From an uncultured Eubacteriales bacterium (lineage in GTDB: Bacteria > Bacillota > Clostridia > Peptostreptococcales > JAAYPU01): a stretch of DNA of 42,401 nucleotides. The position numbers and the translations under genes were made by a program. The first letter of the stretch is position 1; every line of letters begins with the position of its first letter. The DNA lies in contig CAZKKX010000002.1 of NCBI GenBank assembly GCA_964553505.1, positions 1 through 42,401 of the forward strand. Reading direction: 5' to 3'. This document shows positions 1 to 10,450 of the stretch, piece after piece. The notes beneath the pieces were generated by a model. That model searched no databases, was not told where the DNA came from, and saw nothing but the letters and a program-made list of their open reading frames with translations.

Positions 1-1437
1 AGAGGTGACTAACTATTAATAGTCAAGAGTTTTTCAAGAAAAGTATTTATGGCATAGCAAACAGGCCTTTTATGAGGACATAAAAAGTCTATGTTGATGA
101 TAGTTGTTAATTTAACGCTACTTTGATTTAACGAAGTTTTTCGGTATCAAATATAATATTTCTACTTTCCAGAGTATAGATAACACGAACCAGCTTTTTG
201 GCTACATGAGACATAGCAACTCTATGGGGTTTGCCCTCACTACGTTTTTTATGGTAGTATTCAGCAAAAACAATATTGTACCTAATCAATGGTATGCAGA
301 CATTCATCAGGGTAAACCGCAAGTGAGAAGAACCTCGCTTAACCATCCTTCCACTATGCTCAGAAGTTCCTGACTGATAGTAGCCTGGTTCCAGGCCTGC
401 AAAGGAAAGCATTTGAGCAGGAGAATCAAATTTAGATATACTACCAAATTCAGAAAGAATAACAGCTGCAGAAAGAGGTCCTACACCAGCTATTGACATT
501 ATGGGACGATTAAGGACAGTCACTAACTGAATGATCTGGGATTCTATTTTTTGGATCTCGGCTTCGATAGAAGTGTAAAGTTCCAAAAGTGATGAAAGCT
601 GTGATTCCAGAATTTCGTTGGATTCACCCACACTGGTGCTGGCTAGATCTTTGAGCGTGAAGAACTGATTCATGGTAAACTTGCCGCGGGATATTCTTCT
701 AAGTTCATCGTAAGAACTGGAACGCATTCTAGATATGGCCTGTGGAGAATGATATTTACTAAGTATGTAAAGGGCCGTTACGGAAAAACGATCATTAAAA
801 AATGGCTTAAACTCAGGAAAGATATGATCAAGAACATTTGTTATCTTGACTATATAGAAACTGCGCTGCTTTACAAGAGAATCCCTGAGTCTGGTTAATG
901 ACTTGAGAGAGTACATGTGATAGAATTCCTTTGGATGGGGTTTGTACTCAACTGACATTAGCCAATGGGCAATAGACCGTGAATCTATTGCATCTGTTTT
1001 GGTTTTCCTGAGCGTCTGGCTTTTAATGAATTTACTTAGAAGAGCTGGATTGACTTCCATAAAGCTGTAGTGTGCTTTTTCAAGGAACAATTTCAGGTTA
1101 AAACCATAGTGGCCAGTTGCTTCAAACCCTATTTTGATTTCTTGAGAATGATCAAGAGAATCGAGGATTTGCAGTAAGTTGGCAAAACCTTGATGATTGT
1201 TTTGGAATGTAAGGTTCTGCTGGATGATTTCGCCTGCTTCCGTAGCAATGAAGCAGTCATGCTTGTACTTCGAAATGTCGATACCGACAAAATACATGAG
1301 AACACCTCCTAGTGATGAAAATAATGCACTGTTTGTTTTCCACAAGAGTTCCGACTTTGTCATCACGTAAATATAAACGTCAAGCGTTAACTAACTGATT
1401 ACCAATTAAGACGGTAAACTGTGGTTTGAGTCACCTC
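1..1437 (-). mobile_element. IS110-family insertion sequence, boundaries approximate (left end at or beyond the window start)
   Basis: A single IS110-type transposase ORF is flanked by non-coding arms of about 130 nt. GAGGTGACT at 2-10 matches the reverse complement of 1429-1437. The match is only 9 bp, so the end assignment is tentative. Confidence 0.6.
128..1297 (-). CDS. IS110-family transposase (DEDD-type N-terminal domain plus Transposase_20-type C-terminal domain)
   Basis: The translation MYFVGIDISKYKHD...GFEATGHY...SIAGVGPLSAAVILSEFG...LSFAGLEPGYYQSGTS...MVKRGSSHLR is typical of the family. The start was moved from 1366 to the ATG at 1297, which has AGGAGGTG 5 nt upstream. Confidence 0.9.
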   Translation of the reverse strand: MYFVGIDISKYKHDCFIATEAGEIIQQNLTFQNNHQGFANLLQILDSLDHSQEIKIGFEATGHYGFNLKLFLEKAHYSFMEVNPALLSKFIKSQTLRKTKTDAIDSRSIAHWLMSVEYKPHPKEFYHMYSLKSLTRLRDSLVKQRSFYIVKITNVLDHIFPEFKPFFNDRFSVTALYILSKYHSPQAISRMRSSSYDELRRISRGKFTMNQFFTLKDLASTSVGESNEILESQLSSLLELYTSIEAEIQKIESQIIQLVTVLNRPIMSIAGVGPLSAAVILSEFGSISKFDSPAQMLSFAGLEPGYYQSGTSEHSGRMVKRGSSHLRFTLMNVCIPLIRYNIVFAEYYHKKRSEGKPHRVAMSHVAKKLVRVIYTLESRNIIFDTEKLR

Positions 1438-1524
1438 ATAACAGTCTGAGCTGTAAAATTATAGATACAAATCCACAGTGCAGAAATATTATATCGCCAA
1501 AATTAATTTGACGGTACAATCAGA

Positions 1525-2235
1525 TTGGAAGAAAGGAGAAAAAATAATCCAATCACCTTAAAAAATAAGATAATTGGATTATACGTGAATATTATGAGAA
1601 TACCGGACCATATCGGCATTATCCCCGATGGAAATAGAAGATGGGCACAATTAAAAGGCATGTCAAAGGAAAAAGGTTATGCATTAGGATTGAAGCCTGG
1701 AATCGATCTTTTCCACCTTTGCCAAGAAATTGGAGTGAGAGAATTGACTTTCTATGGTTTTACTGTGGATAATACAAAAAGAACAAGGGAACAAAGATTA
1801 GCTTTTACAAATGCTTGTATTGAAGCAGTGAATTTGTTTTCAAAAGAAAACGCCACTTTATTAGTTGTCGGCAACAGCGATTCCTCCATGTTTCCAAAAG
1901 AATTGTTGCCTTTTACTAAAAGAACCGTATTTGGAAACGGTGGTATGAAGGTTAATTTTTTAGTAAATTACGGTTGGGAATGGGATTTGAATTCTTTAAA
2001 ATTAGTCGGAGGGTCTGGAAGAAGCATTGTCAATCATATAAAGTCCAATGATATCTCCCGGCTTGACTTAATTATACGATGGGGAGGTCGAAGGAGGTTG
2101 AGCGGGTTTTTACCTGTTCAGTCAATTTATGCAGATTTTTTTGTTCTTGATGATTACTGGCCGGATTTTAAATCGGAACACCTTGCACAGGCATTAGACT
2201 GGTACAATGAACAAGATATAACTTTAGGGGGGTAG
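1525..2235 (+). CDS. Divergent cis-prenyltransferase (UppS/isoprenyl transferase family); start uncertain (TTG 1525 or ATG 1594)
   Basis: HIGIIPDGNRRWAQ matches the UppS HxxIIMDGNGRWA substrate-binding motif. The C-terminal IRWGGRRRLSGFLPVQSIYADFFVLDDYWPDF parallels IRTSGExRxSNFLLWQ...WPDF but with substitutions. No convincing RBS precedes either candidate start. Confidence 0.7.
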   Translation: MEERRKNNPITLKNKIIGLYVNIMRIPDHIGIIPDGNRRWAQLKGMSKEKGYALGLKPGIDLFHLCQEIGVRELTFYGFTVDNTKRTREQRLAFTNACIEAVNLFSKENATLLVVGNSDSSMFPKELLPFTKRTVFGNGGMKVNFLVNYGWEWDLNSLKLVGGSGRSIVNHIKSNDISRLDLIIRWGGRRRLSGFLPVQSIYADFFVLDDYWPDFKSEHLAQALDWYNEQDITLGG

Positions 2236-2250
2236 ATTCAGGAGGTATAA

Positions 2251-3165
2251 ATGAAAAAATATTTAATTTACTTGCTTGCATCAACTACTCTGATTCTTTC
2301 TGCTTCCTGCACCACTATACTCATTGATACAAAACCACGCATTGCTGTTTCCATTGTTCCTCAAGAAACATTTATCAAAGCAGTCGCCGGTAATTTAGTA
2401 CATGTCATTACTATGATTCCACCGGGATGCAGTCCTGCAAATTACCAGCCAACACCTCTTCAGATGGTTGAATTCAGTAAAGCAGATATATACTTTTCAA
2501 TGGGAGTTCCTTCGGAAGAAGCCAGTATTCTTCCAAAAGTTAAGGAATTGAATAAAAACATAAAAATCGTTTCCCTCGCAGAAAAAGCAGCTGCCACATA
2601 TCCTTATCTCTACTCGACAGAAATTAATTCTGATAATCAGAGTGATTCGGAACAAATAGAAAAAAATTATCATCACACAGGCAGAGATCCCCATGTTTGG
2701 CTTTCTCCAAAACGCGTAATGATAATGATAGATGCCATAAAAGATGAATTGATACTATTAGATCCAACCAATAAATTAATCTATGAAAAAAATGCCTCTG
2801 ATTATATATCTCAATTAGAACACCTTGATTCTACAATTGCAAGTAATTTGAGCAGTCTTAAGCAAAAGTCATTCATAATCTATCATCCTGCTTTCGGGTA
2901 TTTCGCAGACGATTACGGCTTGAATATGGTAAGCATTGAAAAAAACGGAAAAGAAACTTCTGCAAAAAGAATTCAAACTGTTATCGACTATGCAAAAAAA
3001 GAAAAAATAAAGATTGTTTTTTATCAGGAGGAATTTGATGGTCATCAGGCAGAAATCATTGCTACGGAAATTAAAGGAGCAACCATTAAAGTAACCCCTT
3101 TGTCTCCGGATTACATAGATAATCTAAAATCTATTTCGGACACCTTCAAAAAAGTGATGGAATAA
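2251..3165 (+). CDS. Metal (Zn/Mn) ABC-transporter substrate-binding lipoprotein, ZnuA/TroA family
   Basis: Lipobox LILSASC follows a hydrophobic signal sequence. Family-like segments include FYQEEFDGHQAEIIA, DPHVWLSP and an acidic/His loop NSDNQSDSEQIEKNYHHTGRD. GGAGGT lies 6 nt upstream of the ATG. Confidence 0.85.
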   Translation: MKKYLIYLLASTTLILSASCTTILIDTKPRIAVSIVPQETFIKAVAGNLVHVITMIPPGCSPANYQPTPLQMVEFSKADIYFSMGVPSEEASILPKVKELNKNIKIVSLAEKAAATYPYLYSTEINSDNQSDSEQIEKNYHHTGRDPHVWLSPKRVMIMIDAIKDELILLDPTNKLIYEKNASDYISQLEHLDSTIASNLSSLKQKSFIIYHPAFGYFADDYGLNMVSIEKNGKETSAKRIQTVIDYAKKEKIKIVFYQEEFDGHQAEIIATEIKGATIKVTPLSPDYIDNLKSISDTFKKVME

Positions 3166-3208
3166 ATAACTTCTGCTAATTTTATATTTCCGTATTACTA
3201 CCTCATGA

Positions 3209-6055
3209 TCATCCACCGAGGGTTTTTTTATACAAAATTTTCTTTAGAAACTGTCCTGTATACGATTTGTTGCATTTTACTATTTCTTCCGGCGTTCCCT
3301 TTGCTATGACAATACCGCCTCTATCACCGCCATCTGGCCCCAAATCAATAATATAATCGCTAACTTTGATCACATCCAGATTATGTTCGATTACTATAAC
3401 GGTATTTCCGCCTTCTACTAATTGACCTAATACCGAAATTAACTTGTTGACATCTTCAAAATGCAGACCGGTAGTAGGTTCATCCAGAATATACAAGGTC
3501 TTGCCAGTACTTCTTTTACTCAGTTCCGATGACAGCTTTATTCGTTGCGCTTCTCCTCCTGAAAGTTGTGTTGAAGGCTGTCCAAGTCTTATATACCCCA
3601 ATCCTACATCATAAAGAGTCTGCAGTTTTCTGGTAATAACAGGGATGTTCTTAAAGAACCCCAATGCTTCCTCAACCGTCATTTCAAGTACTTCATATAT
3701 ATTCTTATCTTTATATTTTACCTCCAGAGTCTCCCTGTTGTACCTCTTTCCTTTGCATACCTCACACGGTACATAAACATCCGGAAGAAAATGCATTTCA
3801 ATCTTTATAATGCCATCACCATTACAGGCTTCACATCTGCCTCCTTTTACATTAAAACTAAAACGTCCCTTATTGTATCCCCTCATCTTTGACTCGGGAA
3901 TCTGTGCAAATAAATCTCGTATATGTGTAAATACACCTGTGTAAGTAGCAGGGTTTGAACGTGGTGTTCTTCCAATAGGAGATTGATCAATATCAATAAC
4001 CTTATCAATATATTCAACACCCTCAATAGACTGGTGTGTTCCCGGTCTTGTTTTAGCACGATTTATGGAAGCTGCCAGACTTTTATATAGTATTTCGTTA
4101 ATCAGGCTGCTTTTTCCAGAGCCGGATACGCCAGTAACACATGTGAACACTCCCAATGGGAAATCTACCTGTATATTTTTAAGATTATTTTCTCGCGCCC
4201 CTTTTATGGTGATATGTTTTCCATTGGGTCTTCTTCGTTTTAAAGGAATTTCCACTTCTTTCTCGCCTCTTAGATACTGCCCTGTGATAGATTCTCTACA
4301 GGCTTTAATATCTTCAATTGGACCTTCTGCAATAATTTCACCACCATGGACCCCGGCGCCCGGTCCTATATCAATAATATGGTCCGCTGCATACATAGTA
4401 TCTTCATCATGCTCTACAACCAAAAGCGTATTACCTAAATCCGTAAGATTTCGTAACGTCTTTAAAAGTTTTTCGTTATCTTTTTGATGAAGTCCTATAC
4501 TGGGTTCGTCCAATATATAGAGTACCCCTACAAGCCTTGACCCTATCTGTGTTGCCAGTCTTATTCTTTGAGATTCTCCTCCAGATAACGTACCGGCTGA
4601 ACGGGACAGAGTGAGATAATCTAAGCCCACATCAACTAAAAAATCTAATCTGCTTCTGATTTCTTTTATTATTTGAAAGGCAATCAGCTGATGTTTTTTA
4701 GAGAGTTCCAGGTGATCAAGAAAATTAAGGGCCTCTCTTACAGACATATCTGCAAACTCAGAAATATTTATACCTCCGATTGTGACAGCCAAAACCTCAG
4801 GCTTTAGACGCTTGCCGGAACAATGATTGCAACGTTTAAGACTCATAAATTCTTCAATTTTTCCCTTAATATATTCCGATTGCGTTTCTCGATATCGTCT
4901 CTCTAAGTTATAAACAACGCCTTCGAACGCCTGATTCACAAAGGACTTGAATCCTCCACCTTTGCTTTCATAGTAATATTTTAATTTCTTCTCCTTTGTT
5001 CCAAAAAGTAACTCTTTAATAAACTGTTCAGGTAATGACTTAACCGGTTCGTGTAAATTGACATGATGCGCTTCAGCCAAAGATGAAATTATTCTATGAT
5101 AATATCCCCCTTCTTCCATGGAGGAAAAAACGGAACCAAGAGCACCGTCATTAATATTTAAGTTTTTATCTGTAATCACCAATTCAGGATCTATTTTTTG
5201 GATAAATCCCAGTCCATTGCACCCTGAGCAGGCTCCAAAAGGGCTGTTGAATGAAAACATCCTGGGTTCCAGTTCCTCAATACTAATACCATGTTCCGGA
5301 CAAGCAAATTTGGTACTGAAAAGCAAATCTTCACCTTGCAGGACATTAATAATAACCAGACCTTCCGCATGATTGAGAGCCGTCTCTATAGAGTCGGTCA
5401 AGCGGGTCTCTATCCCTTCTTTGACGATGATTCTGTCTACAATAATTTCTATAGTATGTTTATATGTTTTTTCGAGCTTCACATCTTCTTCATTGATGTC
5501 ATATATATCTCCATCCGCTCTGATCCTGGTGAATCCTTCCTTTCTAATACGCGTCAAAACTTTTTCATGTTCACCTTTGCGTGCTCTGACAACCGGAGAT
5601 AAAATCTGGATCCGTGTTCCTTTATCCAATTCCATAACTTTGTCAACAATCTGGTCAATTGTTTGCTGCGTGATTTCCCTTCCGCATACCGGACAATGGG
5701 GAATACCTATTCTTGCATACATCAGACGAAGATAATCATAAATCTCCGTAACCGTCCCCACTGTTGAACGTGGATTTTTGCTGGTGGTTTTCTGATCGAT
5801 GGAAATAGCCGGGGACAATCCTTCTATATACTCCACATTGGGTTTTTCCATTTGCCCTAAAAACTGTCTTGCATATGCCGACAAACTTTCCACATATCTA
5901 CGCTGCCCTTCAGCATAAATGGTATCAAATGCCAGAGAGGATTTACCCGATCCGCTCAATCCTGTAATGACAATCATTTTATCCCTTGGTATACGTACAT
6001 CTATATTCTTTAAATTATGTTCTTTGGCACCTTTTATATATATATCTTTCGTCAT
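3209..6055 (-). CDS. uvrA: Excinuclease ABC subunit A
   Basis: 948 aa. [36 protein letters not shown], two ABC ATPase modules (second Walker [11 protein letters not shown]) and zinc-finger Cys pairs CPVCG and CEACNGDG are present. GGAGG RBS. Confidence 0.98.
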   Translation of the reverse strand: MTKDIYIKGAKEHNLKNIDVRIPRDKMIVITGLSGSGKSSLAFDTIYAEGQRRYVESLSAYARQFLGQMEKPNVEYIEGLSPAISIDQKTTSKNPRSTVGTVTEIYDYLRLMYARIGIPHCPVCGREITQQTIDQIVDKVMELDKGTRIQILSPVVRARKGEHEKVLTRIRKEGFTRIRADGDIYDINEEDVKLEKTYKHTIEIIVDRIIVKEGIETRLTDSIETALNHAEGLVIINVLQGEDLLFSTKFACPEHGISIEELEPRMFSFNSPFGACSGCNGLGFIQKIDPELVITDKNLNINDGALGSVFSSMEEGGYYHRIISSLAEAHHVNLHEPVKSLPEQFIKELLFGTKEKKLKYYYESKGGGFKSFVNQAFEGVVYNLERRYRETQSEYIKGKIEEFMSLKRCNHCSGKRLKPEVLAVTIGGINISEFADMSVREALNFLDHLELSKKHQLIAFQIIKEIRSRLDFLVDVGLDYLTLSRSAGTLSGGESQRIRLATQIGSRLVGVLYILDEPSIGLHQKDNEKLLKTLRNLTDLGNTLLVVEHDEDTMYAADHIIDIGPGAGVHGGEIIAEGPIEDIKACRESITGQYLRGEKEVEIPLKRRRPNGKHITIKGARENNLKNIQVDFPLGVFTCVTGVSGSGKSSLINEILYKSLAASINRAKTRPGTHQSIEGVEYIDKVIDIDQSPIGRTPRSNPATYTGVFTHIRDLFAQIPESKMRGYNKGRFSFNVKGGRCEACNGDGIIKIEMHFLPDVYVPCEVCKGKRYNRETLEVKYKDKNIYEVLEMTVEEALGFFKNIPVITRKLQTLYDVGLGYIRLGQPSTQLSGGEAQRIKLSSELSKRSTGKTLYILDEPTTGLHFEDVNKLISVLGQLVEGGNTVIVIEHNLDVIKVSDYIIDLGPDGGDRGGIVIAKGTPEEIVKCNKSYTGQFLKKILYKKTLGG

Positions 6056-6107
6056 AAAAACCTCCGGTTATCCTAAACTTCTATCAATTTTGCCTTTTAT
6101 TTTTTCT

Positions 6108-8084
6108 CTATAATCTATTCTTTAATTCAACTATTTTATCCCTAAGTTCGGCAGCTCTTTCAAACTGAAGATTAGTGGCAGCAACTTTCATTTCACCTTC
6201 CAATTTGGTAATTAGTTTTTGAAGTTCATGAATTGACATTTGCTCTTCAGCTCCATCAACATAATATTTATCTTTTTCTTCCGCAGCATGTGTTGCTTCA
6301 ATAATACCTCTAATCTTTTTCATAATGGTTTTAGGCTCAATATTATGAACTTGATTATACTCTTTCTGAATTCTTCTTCTTCTATTTGTTTCTGACATGG
6401 CTTTGCTCATAGCTTCTGTTATCCTATCCGCATACATTATAACTTTTCCGTTCACATTTCGTGCCGCACGACCTATAGTTTGAATCAATGAAGTTTCTGT
6501 CCTTAAAAATCCTTCTTTATCCGCATCTAAAATAGCTACCAGAGAAACTTCAGGAATATCCAAACCTTCTCTTAAAAGATTAATACCCACAAGAACATCA
6601 AATTCTCCCAATCGTAAATCTCTCATAATCTCAACTCGTTCAAGGGTATCAATTTCGGAATGTAAATACCTTACCCGTATTCCTGCTTCCTTTAAATAGT
6701 CAGTTAAGTCTTCTGCCATTTTTTTTGTCAATGTCGTAATAAAAACCTTTTCATTATTAGGAATAACATTATTGATTTCTTTTATTAGGTCATCTATTTG
6801 TCCATGGGTTTTCTTTACTTCAATTTCCGGATCCAGCAAACCTGTGGGTCGAATAATCTGTTCCGCCGTAATCCCTTTGCTTTCAGTCTGCTCATAAAGG
6901 GCCGGTGTTGCACTAACGTATATAGCTTGGTTTATTATATCTTTAAATTCGTCAAAAGAAAGAGGTCTGTTATCAAGTGCGGAAGGAAGCCTAAACCCAT
7001 ATTCTACTAAAACTTCTTTCCGTGACCGATCACCTGCATACATGGCTTTGAGCTGTGGCACCATAACATGCGACTCATCGATAATAATCAAAAAATCATC
7101 GGGAAAATAGTCTATAAGTGTATAAGGTCGTGTTCCCGGAGGCAATCCATTCAAGTGTCTCGAATAATTTTCAATACCTTTGCAAGTACCAATTTCCCTG
7201 AGCATTTCTATGTCATAACTTGTTCTTTGTTCAATTCTTTGGGCTTCTAACAATTGTCCTTTATTTTTAAAATATTGTATTCTTTCTTCAAGTTCTTCCT
7301 CAATACCGGTAATTGCCCGCTCCATATTATCTTTAGTAGTAACATAATGAGAAGCCGGAAAAACCGATACATGGTTTCTCAATCCCATAATTTCTCCTGT
7401 AAGTGTATTAATTTCTTTTATGGTTTCAACCTCATCTCCGAAAAGTTCTACCCGAATGGCACTCTCAGCACCTGCAGGGTAAATATCTATGGTATCTCCT
7501 CTCACTCTAAAAGTGCTTCTAATAAAATTAATATCATTCCTTACATATTGAATATCAACAAGCTTTTTCATAATATCTTCCCTGCTTTTAATCATGTCTG
7601 GCCTGAGAGAAAGAACCTGGCTCTCATAATCAACAGGACTTCCTAACCCATAAATACATGAAACACTTGCCACAATAACAACATCCCTTCTCTCAGAGAG
7701 AGCAGCTGTGGCGGAATGCCTCAATTTTTCTATTTCATCATTAATCTGAGAATCCTTTTCGATATAAGTATCTGTATGGGGTACATAAGCTTCAGGTTGG
7801 TAATAGTCATAATAGCTTACAAAAAATTCAACCGCATTATCCGGAAAAAATTCTTTAAATTCTCCGTAAAGCTGGGCAGCAAGTGTTTTATTATGAGAAA
7901 TAATCAAAGTTGGGCGCTGCACTTTTTCAATCACATTGGCCATGGTAAAAGTTTTTCCTGAGCCTGTTGCACCTAAAAGAGTCAGGTGTTTTTTGCCTGA
8001 AATGATACCATCTGAAATTTTGGCAATTGCCTGAGGCTGATCTCCTGTTGCTTTATATTCAGATATGACTTTAAATTCTCCCAC
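6108..8084 (-). CDS. uvrB: Excinuclease ABC subunit B (GTG start)
   Basis: 658 aa. Walker [16 protein letters not shown], helicase motifs and a C-terminal UVR coiled coil ([13 protein letters not shown]) are present. GGGAGGT lies 6 nt upstream of the GTG. Only 52 nt separate it from uvrA. Confidence 0.98.
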   Translation of the reverse strand: MGEFKVISEYKATGDQPQAIAKISDGIISGKKHLTLLGATGSGKTFTMANVIEKVQRPTLIISHNKTLAAQLYGEFKEFFPDNAVEFFVSYYDYYQPEAYVPHTDTYIEKDSQINDEIEKLRHSATAALSERRDVVIVASVSCIYGLGSPVDYESQVLSLRPDMIKSREDIMKKLVDIQYVRNDINFIRSTFRVRGDTIDIYPAGAESAIRVELFGDEVETIKEINTLTGEIMGLRNHVSVFPASHYVTTKDNMERAITGIEEELEERIQYFKNKGQLLEAQRIEQRTSYDIEMLREIGTCKGIENYSRHLNGLPPGTRPYTLIDYFPDDFLIIIDESHVMVPQLKAMYAGDRSRKEVLVEYGFRLPSALDNRPLSFDEFKDIINQAIYVSATPALYEQTESKGITAEQIIRPTGLLDPEIEVKKTHGQIDDLIKEINNVIPNNEKVFITTLTKKMAEDLTDYLKEAGIRVRYLHSEIDTLERVEIMRDLRLGEFDVLVGINLLREGLDIPEVSLVAILDADKEGFLRTETSLIQTIGRAARNVNGKVIMYADRITEAMSKAMSETNRRRRIQKEYNQVHNIEPKTIMKKIRGIIEATHAAEEKDKYYVDGAEEQMSIHELQKLITKLEGEMKVAATNLQFERAAELRDKIVELKNRL

Positions 8085-8154
8085 AAAGATACCTCCCGCT
8101 AATAAAGCTACATTAAATAATAAATAATAAAGGTAGAAAAACCTCTAACCTCTA

Positions 8155-8196
8155 AGTATTATACCATATTGTGATTAATATGCAAACATATGTTCT
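8155..8196 (-). promoter_or_regulatory. uvrBA promoter with a LexA (Cheo/DinR-type) box
   Basis: On the minus strand, an extended -10 TGGTATAAT covers 8158-8166. AGAACATATGTTT (8184-8196) fits the Firmicutes SOS box GAAC-N4-GTTC with one imperfect half-site and overlaps a TTTGCA -35-like hexamer. Confidence 0.5.
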
Positions 8197-8267
8197 TTTT
8201 CTAATAAAATTCAGCAAATGAAATATACCATTGCGGTATTATAATGTCAAGGATGAACAGGGGATAT

Positions 8268-8300
8268 TAATGGATAATGGATATGGATAATGAATAAGGA
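8268..8300. repeat. Degenerate 6-7-nt tandem array (TAATGGA TAATGGA TATGGA TAATGAA TAAGGA)
   Basis: Read directly from the sequence. Intergenic, between uvrB and the 5'-nucleotidase gene. Confidence 0.8.
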
Positions 8301-8404
8301 AAAAATTGTGTTGTTGAAACTGCCTGGTTTGGTAAGGGTTTTTCGGTTAAACCTTTTCTTTATACTTTAATTAATATAGGTATTTTAAAAAATTTTTATA
8401 CTAA

Positions 8405-8460
8405 AAAGAGACATTCCATTTCCGGCAGTTATTCTGCATTGAAAAAAGTAATGTCTCTTT
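8405..8460 (-). terminator. Probable intrinsic terminator of the 5'-nucleotidase gene
   Basis: An 11-bp perfect stem pairs AAAGAGACATT (8405-8415) with AATGTCTCTTT (8450-8460) and is followed by a T-run on the minus strand. The 34-nt loop is unusually large. Confidence 0.45.
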
Positions 8461-8503
8461 AATGTTTTAAATTATGATTTTATTTTATTACGGTAATACA
8501 CTT

Positions 8504-10261
8504 TTATGGTACCAGCAATTCTTGTCCTGGTAGAATCAGGTGTGGGTTATTCATATCATTAATTTCTGCCAGTTCTTGCCACGTTGTTCCGAATTTCTCA
8601 GCTATTTTCCACAAAACATCTCCTGAAACAACCACATATTTTCCGTGTTCCGATTCCGTTACTTCCTCCGGTTGTACATCAGCCTCATCCTCAGGTTCTG
8701 CAACAACCTCATCCTCCGGCTCTGCAACAATCTCATCTTCTTCAAGTAATTCAACAACGGCAATTCTGTTTTCCAATGCCGGAGCAATTGTGCCTTCTGC
8801 TTCTATGTACTCCATAACAGCTTCATCCAGAGACATATACTCATTTACTGTATCCTTATCTGCAAACATAGTATAATTATCTCCTCCTGCCGCAAGGAAG
8901 TCATTTGTTGCAATAACATATTCTTTATCCATTTGCAGGGCTTCACCATTGATTTTTATATCCACTATTCGATCTCCTGTGGCTTTATTCAAATCAATGG
9001 CATATGATATTCCGGATACATGAGGGAATGAACCTGTAGCCTCAGGATATCCGGAAGATCCGTGTTCAAGAGCCGCTTTAATATCTGTTCCGCAAACTTT
9101 TTTGGTTACAATGTAATTTCCAAAGGGCAAAACTGTAATAATTTCTTCTTTTGTGATGTCGCCTTCGTCAATAGAGGCACGAATTCCGCCGCCGTTTGTA
9201 AGCGCAGCATCCGCACCTGTGATAGCTACCATTGCATCTGTAATCAAATTCCCAAGATTTGTTTCTTTAGTTCTGACATCTTCCCTTTCGCCATCCAAAG
9301 CAACCGATGTGCTTCCAATAACCTGTGCTAATATATTTTGCTGCTCATTTTTTATGGAATCTATAAGGGCTACTACTTCGAGATCTTCTTCGTATAGCGA
9401 ATTTGCATCTTCTTTTGTAATTATATCGGCACTAAAAGTTATTTCGTCTCCCAAAACTATAATATCCACAATACCTAAGTTTTTGCCATATTCCCCTGTA
9501 CTTACAATCAATGTTTCCCCAACCTTAAATCCGTTTTCATATTCGGAATGGCTATGTCCGTCAACAATAATATCAATACCTTCAACCTGTTCGGCAACCA
9601 TTATACTGGTATATTCACTGGTCTCGTCATCTCCAAGATGTGCCAATGCAATGATAACATCCGTATCGTCCATCAGCTCTTCTGCCATTTCTTCTGCGAT
9701 TTCAACAGGATTTTCAAAAGTAAGCCCTTCTACATTTTTGGGATGTGTCTTGTAAGTTGTTTCCGGTGTGGCTAAACCGAAAATTCCAATTCTAACACCA
9801 TCAATTTCTTTTATGATGTAAGGGTTCATGTAATCATTGCCGTCCGAATCGAAAACATTGGCACAAATCATATCAAAATCTGCCATATCCTCTAATTCCA
9901 ATAATCTGGTTTTCCCATAATTAAAATCATGATTCCCCGGGACCATTAAGTCATACCCTACGGTGTTCATAACTTGTATAATGCTTTCTCCCTCAACTAA
10001 TGTTGCAAAAGTAGTTCCATGAAATGTGTCACCGGCATCCAAAACTATAATATTAGAACCAGATTCTTTTAAGTCATTAATAATAGCTGAAATCCGAGAA
10101 AAACCCATACCATCTCCTTCTTCGACTCTTCCATGGATGTCATTGGTATGTACAATGGTAATAACTTTTTCCGTTGTATCCCCTTCTGCAAATACGGTAA
10201 AAGTACTCATTACCAAAATCAAGCATAATACAATGATGGTCGTTTTTCTCATTTTTCTCAT
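8504..10261 (-). CDS. Secreted bifunctional metallophosphatase/5'-nucleotidase with a C-terminal LysM domain
   Basis: Signal peptide MRKMRKTTIIVLCLILVMSTFTVFAEG. Metallophosphoesterase motifs HTNDIHGR, DAGD and GNHDF, followed by a 5'-nucleotidase C-domain. LysM: YVVVSGDVLWKIAEKFGTTWQELAEINDMNNPHLILPGQELLVP. GGAGG RBS. Confidence 0.9.
   Translation of the reverse strand: MRKMRKTTIIVLCLILVMSTFTVFAEGDTTEKVITIVHTNDIHGRVEEGDGMGFSRISAIINDLKESGSNIIVLDAGDTFHGTTFATLVEGESIIQVMNTVGYDLMVPGNHDFNYGKTRLLELEDMADFDMICANVFDSDGNDYMNPYIIKEIDGVRIGIFGLATPETTYKTHPKNVEGLTFENPVEIAEEMAEELMDDTDVIIALAHLGDDETSEYTSIMVAEQVEGIDIIVDGHSHSEYENGFKVGETLIVSTGEYGKNLGIVDIIVLGDEITFSADIITKEDANSLYEEDLEVVALIDSIKNEQQNILAQVIGSTSVALDGEREDVRTKETNLGNLITDAMVAITGADAALTNGGGIRASIDEGDITKEEIITVLPFGNYIVTKKVCGTDIKAALEHGSSGYPEATGSFPHVSGISYAIDLNKATGDRIVDIKINGEALQMDKEYVIATNDFLAAGGDNYTMFADKDTVNEYMSLDEAVMEYIEAEGTIAPALENRIAVVELLEEDEIVAEPEDEVVAEPEDEADVQPEEVTESEHGKYVVVSGDVLWKIAEKFGTTWQELAEINDMNNPHLILPGQELLVP
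8683..8730 (-). repeat. In-frame 24-nt tandem duplication encoding an acidic linker (VVAEPEDE units)
   Basis: CCTCATCCTCAGGTTCTGCAACAA (8683-8706) is followed by CCTCATCCTCCGGCTCTGCAACAA (8707-8730), with a decayed third unit after that. The protein reads EDEIVAEPEDEVVAEPEDEADVQPEE. Confidence 0.85.
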
Positions 10262-10409
10262 ACTTCTTTTCCTCCTTCATTATCATTTTATTTTGGAATG
10301 AAAATATATAATTAGGGCTCTCTGAATACCTTAAACCAGACTATTCAGTAGACCTTAATTAAATCAAGAAGAAATTAAGAATTATTTTAAAATATTATGT
10401 ATGTTAGAA

Positions 10410-10438
10410 TTGAATTCTATTTAAAATACTGGTATGAT
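10410..10438 (+). promoter_or_regulatory. Sigma-A-type promoter for tRNA-Gly
   Basis: TTGAAT (10410-10415), a 17-nt spacer, then TATGAT (10433-10438) preceded by TGG (extended -10). It ends 12 nt before the tRNA 5' end. Confidence 0.6.
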
Positions 10439-10450
10439 ATTTGTTGAAGT

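Noticed and set aside
1298-1366. N-terminal extensions in the ORF track: transposase 1366, GntR-2 12375, PFOR 18023, recJ 29100, SDR 35260, small ORF 34354
   Set aside because: In each case an internal ATG with a strong Shine-Dalgarno sequence at 5-10 nt gives the family-typical N-terminus. The upstream extensions lack an RBS.
4065-6113. Multiple 60-140-aa plus-strand ORFs inside uvrA. Similar antisense ORFs lie inside uvrB, the nucleotidase, PFOR, dctM, recJ, gcvPB and other genes.
   Set aside because: All are antisense to long, well-supported genes. They have low-complexity or hydrophobic translations typical of the reverse frame of AT-rich coding DNA, and no RBS or family resemblance.
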